Origin: an uncultured Acidobacteriota bacterium
Lineage (GTDB): Bacteria > Actinomycetota > Acidimicrobiia > Spongiisociales > ZC4RG35
Assembly (NCBI GenBank): GCA_963720925.1
Contig: CAVRHE010000003.1
Location: 1,263 to 65,262 of the forward strand
Length of the DNA: 64,000 bases
Direction: 5' to 3'
Below, in pieces: positions 54,449 to 61,964 of this stretch. Each line of letters begins with the position of its first letter. Within the stretch, counting starts at the first letter, position 1. The notes under the pieces were generated by a model, which saw nothing but the letters and a program-made list of their open reading frames with translations, made no database searches and was not told where the DNA came from. The position numbers and the translations under genes are program-made.

Positions 54449-55787
54449 TCATCGTCCGATACCCGCGTACCGCTCGACTGAGTTCTCGTCGAGCATGCGA
54501 CGGCCGTCGAACACGAACGGCGCTCGATCGAGCTTGCGCAGCAGCTCCGGTAGGCGTTCGAACTCGTGCCAGCGGGTGACGATCACGATGATGTCGGCGG
54601 AGGTGACTGCGTCCTCGAGGGATGCGGCGTACTTCACGGGTGTCTCACCGAGTACGAGTCGGGCCGTGTCCATCGCGACCGGGTCGTATGCCGTCACGTC
54701 CGCTCCCGCCGTGACAAGTCGCTCGATGATCGGAAATGCCGGAGATTCGCGAACGTCGTCCGTATCGGGCTTGAACGCCAGGCCGAGCACGGAGACGCGT
54801 GCGTCGTGCAGGTCGCGGACCTCGCGGCGAATCCCCTCGAGCACGCGATCCGGTCGGTCCCTGTTGGTGTCGAGAACGGCCTGGAGCACCCTCATTTCCA
54901 CTCCTTTCAGGGCTCCGTGCGCGATGAGGGCACTGACGTCCTTGGGGAGGCAACTTCCCCCGAATCCGCACCCCGCCTCGAGGAAGCTCACGATCGGCGC
55001 GCGGTTCGACTCGCCATCGGATCCAGGAACGGTGAGATATCCGGACGTGTGCAGGCCGGCCATGACGTCACGGGCGTCGACACCACCGAGTGCGGTGCAC
55101 AAGTCGGCGAACTCGTTGGAGAAGGAGATCATGGTCGCAAGCAGCGCGTTGGACGCGTACTTGATCATCTCGGCCGCCTTGTTGTTGGTGCGGATGATCG
55201 GGACGTCCGTGAAGGCGGCGTACACGTCGGACAGCGTGTCGAGCGTCCGCTCGTCGACCCCGCCGACCACGATTCGGTCAGGGATCCATGAAGTCGGCGA
55301 CGGCCTGGCCCTCGGTCAGGAACTCCGGGTTGACCCCGAGACCGAAGCCCTCACCGGCGCGCCGGCCCGAGGTCTCCTCCAGAGCTTCCCGCACCACGCC
55401 GTCCGTCGTGCCGGGCACGACCGTGCTCTTGACGACGACGACGTGATGCTCGGACTTCTCGGCCAGGGCGGCACCCACCTGGCGAGCCGCATTCACGACA
55501 TATGTCAGGTCGATCGCGGCGCCGTCGAACGGCGTTCCGACGGCTATGAAGGTCACCTCGGAGTCCCGGACCGCGTCGGCGAGGTTGGTCGTTGCCGAGA
55601 ATCGCTTGCCGGCGTGGCGCTCGAGCAAGTCGACGAGACCGACCTCATGGATCGGCGCCTCAGCGCGATTGAGCCGGTCGACCTTCGAACGATCCACGTC
55701 GACGCAGACGACTTGGTGGCCCTTGTCGGCCAAGCACACCCCGGTGACGAGCCCGACATAGCCGGCGCCGATGATGGAGACTCGCAT
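54449..55787 (-). pseudogene. UDP-glucose/nucleotide-sugar 6-dehydrogenase, interrupted at a CCC-TGA site
   Basis: The N-terminal ORF (from ATG 55787) reads MRVSIIGAGYVGLVTGVCLA...GVNPEFLTEGQAVADFMDP*. The +1 frame continues DRIVVGGVDERTLDTL...NNKAAEMIKYASNALLA...FGGSCLPKDV... The junction is at 55278-55284 (coding strand GAT CCC TGA CCG). Confidence 0.85.
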
Positions 55788-56920
55788 CAGGCGTCTTCGG
55801 CATGGCGGTGGTAGTGGTACCACACGAGGGTTCGCCGTAGGCCCTCGTCCACGAGTATCGACGGCTCGTAGCCCAATTCAGTCCGAGACTTCGTCATGTC
55901 CGGGCACCTGCGGTTCGGGTTGTCGACCAGGTAGTCAGCCTCGGTCGACTGGCCGGTCACCACGGTCCCGGAGTATCCGAAGAGGCCGTGCGCCGTCGCG
56001 GTCAGCCGTCTCCCGAGGTCCGCCATCGAGATCTCTGGACGATCGATCCCGATGTTGTAGGCCTCGCCGGCCCGTCCGCGCACGAGCGCCCGGTAGTAGC
56101 CGACGACGGCGTCGGCCACATAGCAGAAGGTTCGCTTCGGGCTTCCATCTGAGAACAGGACGATGTCACGACCGCTGAGGATGTCGCGTGCGAAGTCGGG
56201 AATCACGCGTCGATCGCTGATCTTCAGGCCCGGTCCGTAGTTGTTGAAAGGGCGGACCATCCGCACCGGCACGCCATAGTGCTGGGCGAACACCGAGCAC
56301 AAGGTCTCGCCGTAGCGCTTCGACTCGTCGTAACACGCGCGCGGACCGGTGCACGAGACGTTGCCGCGGTAATCCTCCGATGTGGGGATGCGGTCGGGAG
56401 GCGGGTCGCCGTAGATCTCGCTGCTCGAGTAGAAGATGAAGCCGCCGACCTCGAGGCCTCGCTCGACCCGGTCTCGTGCGTACTCCAGCAACATTCGCAG
56501 CCCGTCGATGTTGGCATCCATCGTCTCCAACGGGTGGGCTCGGTAGTACGTCGGGGACGCGATCCCGGCGGCGTGGACGATGAACTCGAAGTCTGGCATC
56601 GGGTCCGGCAGTGGCTGTCGCATGTCGTGTCGGACCATCGTGAGATCGCTACGCCGGCCGAGTTCATCCAGCCACGGCGGGACGCCCCGCACGTAGTTGT
56701 CGAACACGGTCGTGTTGATCCGCTGATCCTCGACGACGCGGTCGTTCCAGTGGAGCACGCTCTGCACGAGGTAGTAGCCGAGGAATCCGGCTCCTCCGGT
56801 GATGAGGAGACGCTTCCCAGCCATCGCCGTGAAGTCGTCGACGAGCTGGTCGACGATGTAGTCGAGGTCGCGCGCAAGGAGATCGGCAAGGGGCTCGATC
56901 CCTTCCTGCAGGTCTGTCAT
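55787..56920 (-). CDS. UDP-glucuronate decarboxylase-like SDR (UXS/ArnA-C-terminal type epimerase/dehydratase)
   Basis: It contains LLITGGAGFLGYYL, SSSEIYG and CYDESKRYGE (YxxxK). The stop overlaps the dehydrogenase start (ATGA). Confidence 0.75.
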   Translation of the reverse strand: MTDLQEGIEPLADLLARDLDYIVDQLVDDFTAMAGKRLLITGGAGFLGYYLVQSVLHWNDRVVEDQRINTTVFDNYVRGVPPWLDELGRRSDLTMVRHDMRQPLPDPMPDFEFIVHAAGIASPTYYRAHPLETMDANIDGLRMLLEYARDRVERGLEVGGFIFYSSSEIYGDPPPDRIPTSEDYRGNVSCTGPRACYDESKRYGETLCSVFAQHYGVPVRMVRPFNNYGPGLKISDRRVIPDFARDILSGRDIVLFSDGSPKRTFCYVADAVVGYYRALVRGRAGEAYNIGIDRPEISMADLGRRLTATAHGLFGYSGTVVTGQSTEADYLVDNPNRRCPDMTKSRTELGYEPSILVDEGLRRTLVWYHYHRHAEDA

Positions 56921-56956
56921 TGCTTCGGGTCTCCGATCCCCTGGGACGGCTTGTGA

Positions 56957-57114
56957 CCGTTCGGCGCGGTGAATGTAGCGCCGCTCTCAGACTTCGCCGC
57001 CGATCCGCCGGCGCCCCTCGTGGCGTGGCGGGAGGAAGCCCTGAAGCGCCCGGTTTTCATCCTGGCCCCGGCATGGCTGACACCACCCGAGCCGTTCCAG
57101 CCCGCGGACTCTGA
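56957..57114 (+). pseudogene. 3'-terminal remnant of a second DUF385-family gene
   Basis: An open frame after TGA 56954-56956 reads PFGAVNVAPLSDFAADPPAPLVAWREEALKRPVFILAPAWLTPPEPFQPADSE*. Compare the C-terminus of the intact gene at 54008..54436: ...GSYFVTEPSAPLSAWQEEARNHPVFILTPA*. It has no start codon and no N-terminal domain. Confidence 0.6.
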
Positions 57115-57441
57115 GTAACATCAGCGCACTCTGAGTCATATCTTCGTGAGGGGGTCACCTGCACGGTAACCCTCCGTTCGAAGTTGGCGATTACAGATAT
57201 GACCACTGGTGAGCCAACCCTCCCCGGATAGAATCCGGAGTGAGGTGCGGTGCACCTTGGGAACCGATGGGGATGTGAGCCGCGGCTGGGGCCGCATTAG
57301 GGAGGCACACGATGAGGGTGGGGGTATACGCGCACGCGTGGATGCGCCGAAAGCGTGTCAGGGGATATCGCGGGGTAGTCACTTCTGTGGCCATCTAGAG
57401 ACATCGCCGGCGCGTTCGAGCTCTGACGACTCGTTCACGAA

Positions 57442-58753
57442 GTGAAGCTGGCAGTTTTCGGACTCGGGTATGTGGGGTCGGTCACGGCTGCCTGCCTCGC
57501 CGAGGACGGCCATGACGTCGTCGGTGTCGACTCCAACCGGGAAAAGGTCGAGATCTTCAACGCCGGCCGGGGCCCCGATCCGCGAGCCTGGACTCGACGA
57601 ACTGATCGCCTCTGGCGTCTCCTCGGGAAGGCTGCTGGCCACAGACGACTCTGTCATGGCAGTGGAGCAGTCGGATGCCGCTCTGATCTGTGTGGGAACA
57701 CCCAGCCGTGACGACGGAAGCATCGAGCTCGACCACGTCCGCGCGGTGGTGGCCGATATCGGACGCGCGTTGAGGGGCAGGGCCGCGCCGTTCACGGTCA
57801 TCCTTCGGTCCACCGTGCTCCCGGGAACCACGAGAGATGTCGTCCTCCCGATACTCGAGTCGGCTTCGGGTCTCACCGTCGGCGAACAGGTAGATCTCTG
57901 TTTCAACCCGGAATTTCTCCGCGAAGGCTCGTCGATACAGGATTACCGGGAGCCTCCCAAGATCGTGGTCGGCACCGAGCACGGGAAGCACAATGCGATC
58001 ACAGACCAGCTGTATGCCCATTTCGAATGCCCTCGGTCCGACACGGTCTTCGAGATCGCCGAGCTGGCCAAGTACGTAGACAACAGCTGGCACGCCCTCA
58101 AGGTGAGTTTTGCCAACGAGATGGGTCGGCTCGCGCGGGACATGGGAGTCGACGGCAGAGATGTCATGACGATCATGACCGGCGACACCAAGCTGAACAT
58201 CTCGTCTCGGTACCTGCGACCTGGGTTCGCCTACGGCGGGTCGTGTCTGCCCAAAGACATCGCCGCTCTCCAGTCACTCGCCCACAGCCGCCAGCTCGAC
58301 CTGCCGCTCATCTCGGCGATCCCCGAGAGCAACGAAGAGCACATCCGGTCCGCCATGGATCTCATCGAGGATCTGGGCGGCCACAAAGTCGGATTGCTCG
58401 GCGTCACGTTCAAGTCGAACACCGACGATCTGCGGAATAGCCCCTTCCTCGAGCTGGCCCGTCGCATGCTCGATCGCGGCTTGGAGGTTCGGGTCTTCGA
58501 TCCCGATTTCAACCCGAACGACCTAATCGGGGCGAACCTGGCGTTCCTCAGTGAGCAGCTTCCCTCATTCGAGCAAGTCCTCGTGTCCTCCCCCGACGAG
58601 GTGATGGCTTTCGGGGACATAATCGTCCTCGCGAAGACCGACGAGCCGCTGGTCGATGCTGCGCTGAAGCTGGGGCCCGCCCAACACCTGGTCGACCTCG
58701 CCGGGATGTCGGTCAGGCCCGTGGACGGGAGTTACGTTGGCATCGGCTGGTAG
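57442..58753 (+). pseudogene. GDP-mannose 6-dehydrogenase (AlgD)-like nucleotide-sugar dehydrogenase, frame broken once near the 5' end
   Basis: From GTG 57442 the protein reads MKLAVFGLGYVGSVTAACLAEDGHDVVGVDSNREKVEIFNAGR. The +1 frame (ORF 57470..58753) then continues APIREPGLDELIASG...VGTPS...NPEFLREGSSI...YGGSCLPKD...VDGSYVGIGW*. The junction is at the GGGG run 57569-57572. The GLGYVG N-terminus, the length and the G-I-x-W C-terminus recall AlgD, but substrate specificity is not certain. Confidence 0.75.
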
Positions 58754-59969
58754 GCGTGTCCTGATCATCGTCCAGAACCTGCCGGTGCCTTTCGACCGGC
58801 GGGTCTGGCTCGAGGCCACCACCTTGCAGGCCCACGGCTACGAGGTGTCGGTGATTTGTCCCAAGCTGAAGGGATTCAACGAATCCCGCGAGACGATCGA
58901 GGACGTCGAGGTGTTTCGCTATCCGATGCCGTTCGACCCGAGATCCAAGGTTGGCTTCCTGGCCGAGTTCTCGTGGGCCTGGCTCGCCACCTTCTTCCTC
59001 TCCTTCAAAGTAGCGAGGCAGGGTCGTGGCTTCGACGTGATCCACGCCTGTAACCCACCGGAGACATACTGGGCCCTCGCCCTCATTTGGCGGCTGGCAG
59101 GGAAGAAGTTCATCTTCGACCATCACGACCTCTCCCCTGAGATGTTCGAAGCCAAGTTCGGCGTCAAAAGCGGCCTCGTACATCGACTCCTGCTCTTCAT
59201 GGAGCGCCGATCCTTCCGGACAGCCGACGTGGTTCTCGCAACCAATGAGAGTCACCGGACCGTTGCCATCGAGCGGGGCGGCGTGAACTCAGACCGGGTT
59301 GCGATTGTGAGGTCCGGGCCAGATCTGAAGAGGTTGAACGTCTATCCCCCCGACCCGGCGTGGGCAAAGTCGAAGAAGCATGTCATCGCCTATCTCGGCG
59401 ACATCTCGGCCCAAGACGGGGTCGATGGTCTCGTCAGGGTGGTGGCTCGGTTGAGCGAGCAACGGGACGACTTCCACACCGTCGTCATCGGTGGCGGGTC
59501 GGCTTGGGAGGAAGTGAAACGGTACGCACAAGACCAGCATGTGGACCATCTCTTCACCTTCACCGGTGTCGTGTCAGACGATGTTCTTTGCCGGGCGCTG
59601 TCGTCGGCAACAGTGGCGGTGGACACAGTCCCGAAGAACAGCTGGTCGGACCGTTCCACCATGAACAAGATCATGGAGTACATGTACTTCGGGCTGCCGA
59701 TTGTGGCGTTCGACCTCACCGAGACGATGAGGTCCGCCGAAGACGCCGTGGCTACGGCGCGATCCGGCGACGAGTCGGAGTTCGCCGAGATCCTCGACCA
59801 GCTCCTGGACGACCCCGAGCGGCGGAGGCGGATGTCCACCGCGGGCAGGAGTCGACTGGAGAGCACTTTGAGCTGGGAGCACTCGGTCCCTCATCTGTTG
59901 AGGGCCTATCAACGCGCCTTTGCCAATCGACCCCGCGGCCGTGTCGCGGCGAAGTCTCGCCCCGCCTGA
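58737..59969 (+). CDS. Glycosyltransferase family 4
   Basis: It contains RVLIIVQNLPVPFDRRVWLEATTLQAHGYEVSVICP and ...FDHHDLSPEMF..., with a C-terminal E..x7..E-type region (MEYMYFGLPIVAFD). The TTG start overlaps the dehydrogenase 3' end, so the start is uncertain. Confidence 0.75.
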   Translation: MASAGRRVLIIVQNLPVPFDRRVWLEATTLQAHGYEVSVICPKLKGFNESRETIEDVEVFRYPMPFDPRSKVGFLAEFSWAWLATFFLSFKVARQGRGFDVIHACNPPETYWALALIWRLAGKKFIFDHHDLSPEMFEAKFGVKSGLVHRLLLFMERRSFRTADVVLATNESHRTVAIERGGVNSDRVAIVRSGPDLKRLNVYPPDPAWAKSKKHVIAYLGDISAQDGVDGLVRVVARLSEQRDDFHTVVIGGGSAWEEVKRYAQDQHVDHLFTFTGVVSDDVLCRALSSATVAVDTVPKNSWSDRSTMNKIMEYMYFGLPIVAFDLTETMRSAEDAVATARSGDESEFAEILDQLLDDPERRRRMSTAGRSRLESTLSWEHSVPHLLRAYQRAFANRPRGRVAAKSRPA

Positions 59970-59972
59970 CCC

Positions 59973-61964
59973 TCATTGGGATCCAGCAGCCTCAGCGCTT
60001 TCCCCGTCGCCCACGTGAAGCCGTGTCGTCACAGCCTCGCCGGGATCCAGTTCGCCTTCACCTTCGAGGGTGAACGAGGGAATACGCACGTCGAAGCCCG
60101 GCGAATACCAGCCGAGTGGTGCCCTCTCATCGCCACGCACGGCCCGCCATGACATTGTCCCGCTGAGCTCGATCCTGGCCGACCGTGCCGAGCCATCAGC
60201 AGCCCCCCACGACAGCTGAGCCACGGTCCCGTCGAGCACGCATTCGACGAGTGGGCCGAAATGAAAGCGCAGGATGGCCGGGGTAGACCGGTCAACCATG
60301 TCTTCGATCGTCACGCGGGCGTCGTCGACGACCACCTTCCTCCGATGCTCGATCTCCCCTCCGTCCACATGAGCTCGAATGCAATAGCCAGTCCAACTCG
60401 TCACCGAGCCCTCCGACACCTCCGCCACACCAGATCGCTCGGATGAGGACCAGATGAATGGCCCCGTCTGCTGGGGGTGCCGGGCCTTGGCGAGTTCGAG
60501 GGTGTTGTGAGCGCGGTTCGAGCGGAAGTACGAGCGCCAGAATGGCTCCAACTGGTAGCAGTAGGTGCCGGGATCGGCCAGGACGTCCACCCCGCCGTGT
60601 CTCAGCTCGACAGACAGGGCGTCGTCATGGCCGTGGGCCGCGGTCGTCATGAAGCCGAGCGGGCCACCGTCACATCGACACCAGATCTCCGACGGCCGGC
60701 CGGGCCGGGCCCTCAGGATCGTCATTCCGGATTCCGGGAAGGAGGCCGGCCGGCTCGAGGGTCGACCACCAGGCAAGGCGCCGACCGAAGCGAATGAGGC
60801 AAGGACCGAGCTTCGGACGTCGCCTGCGACTCGAGGCGTCGGCCACCAGTCGAGCCGCCCGAACAGCGACGAACCTGTGACGAGCAACGAGGCCCAGCGG
60901 TCAAAGCCCGGTCCATCGACAAGGAGGGCGTTCGCATCATCTGAGTCCCCCTGGCGGGGCGGTCTACCCGAGACGTCGAGGACTGCGGCCACGACGTCGA
61001 CCATCGAGCGAACACGGATCCAGAACTCGTCTCCAAGCCCTGACCCGGCCGCCTCGCCCTCGAGGCCGGCGAGCATGAGGAGTTCCGCCACGAAGCCGTG
61101 ATAGTCCGCGGCCAACTCGCGGTCCACGCCATCGGCGTCGATTTGGCGCCGCGCTTCGGCGATGAGGCCCCGGCCCGCCTTGTCCCGCCACCGAGAAGAC
61201 TCGGGGAAGCTCGGAAAGGCACAAGCTGCGCTGAACAGGCCCGCCCACTCAGCCACGGCATGGTTGTTGGCGGAGGTGCCATGGCTTGGCAATCGGTCGA
61301 GCCACAACTGGTGCGCATAGAGCTGGTCGAGAAAGCTCGGATTCTCCTCGAACCAGGCTGGTGCCCGGTCGTCGTAGTCGAGCAGACGCCGTATCCAGAC
61401 CCAGGAGATCAGCCGCATTCCGATCTCGATGCCGCTCGTCCAATGGATGCCACGAATCGGGGGGTTCGCCTTCCACCAGCTGTCCAGCTGGGCCATGACC
61501 AATCGGCTGGACTCCTCATCACCACTCAAACGGGCGGCGCTTGCCAACACCGTCAGATGCTGATGACGAGAGGGTTCCCAGACGTGCTTCAGGCTGCCCG
61601 GCCACCCCCGCTGGTCTATGCGGAAAGCCGACTCCGTCGCCGAGGCGCGCAACCCGGTCTTCGGGTCCATGAACCAGTCAGGGCTCTCCCCCATGTCGGT
61701 TCGAACGACGCCGAACACCTGGACCCGACCTTGCAGAACCGACTCGACGGCGGCCGACAGATCGCCGAGAGCAGCCGGCGAGGGCGTCTCAGGCGGCCGG
61801 CGAAGTGGAGTGGCAAACCCACCCTCGGCCCGTTTCGCCCCGGCTCCCCTCAGCCTCTTCTCCTCCAGGCCGGTGATCACCTTGACCCCGGCATCCTTGG
61901 CTCGGCGGACGATCTCGCCGGGGCCCATGGCCGCGAGGCGGTGGATGTACCAGCTGAGAGTCAA
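59973..61964 (-). CDS. Heparinase II/III-family (alginate-lyase-like N-domain) protein, no signal peptide
   Basis: The 663-aa ORF has an alpha/alpha-toroid-like N-half (WEPSRHQHLTVLASAARLSGD..., NNHAVAEWAGL) and a Hepar_II_III-like C-half (AAHGHDDALSVELRHGGVDVLADPGTYCY). The N-terminus MTLSWYIHRLAAMGPGEIVRRAKD is not signal-like. The start overlaps the upstream stop. Confidence 0.75.
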   Translation of the reverse strand: MTLSWYIHRLAAMGPGEIVRRAKDAGVKVITGLEEKRLRGAGAKRAEGGFATPLRRPPETPSPAALGDLSAAVESVLQGRVQVFGVVRTDMGESPDWFMDPKTGLRASATESAFRIDQRGWPGSLKHVWEPSRHQHLTVLASAARLSGDEESSRLVMAQLDSWWKANPPIRGIHWTSGIEIGMRLISWVWIRRLLDYDDRAPAWFEENPSFLDQLYAHQLWLDRLPSHGTSANNHAVAEWAGLFSAACAFPSFPESSRWRDKAGRGLIAEARRQIDADGVDRELAADYHGFVAELLMLAGLEGEAAGSGLGDEFWIRVRSMVDVVAAVLDVSGRPPRQGDSDDANALLVDGPGFDRWASLLVTGSSLFGRLDWWPTPRVAGDVRSSVLASFASVGALPGGRPSSRPASFPESGMTILRARPGRPSEIWCRCDGGPLGFMTTAAHGHDDALSVELRHGGVDVLADPGTYCYQLEPFWRSYFRSNRAHNTLELAKARHPQQTGPFIWSSSERSGVAEVSEGSVTSWTGYCIRAHVDGGEIEHRRKVVVDDARVTIEDMVDRSTPAILRFHFGPLVECVLDGTVAQLSWGAADGSARSARIELSGTMSWRAVRGDERAPLGWYSPGFDVRIPSFTLEGEGELDPGEAVTTRLHVGDGESAEAAGSQ

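Noticed and set aside
57115-57441. About 330 bp of apparently non-coding sequence upstream of the AlgD-like gene, examined for a riboswitch or small RNA. ORFs 57191-57394 (-) and 57209-57445 (+) were also examined.
   Set aside because: I could not match it to any riboswitch core I know (TPP, cobalamin, SAM, c-di-GMP/AMP, ZTP, fluoride, Mn). The ORF translations look non-coding. It is also the divergent promoter region for two operons, which is sufficient to explain it. A covariance-model scan would be needed to say more.
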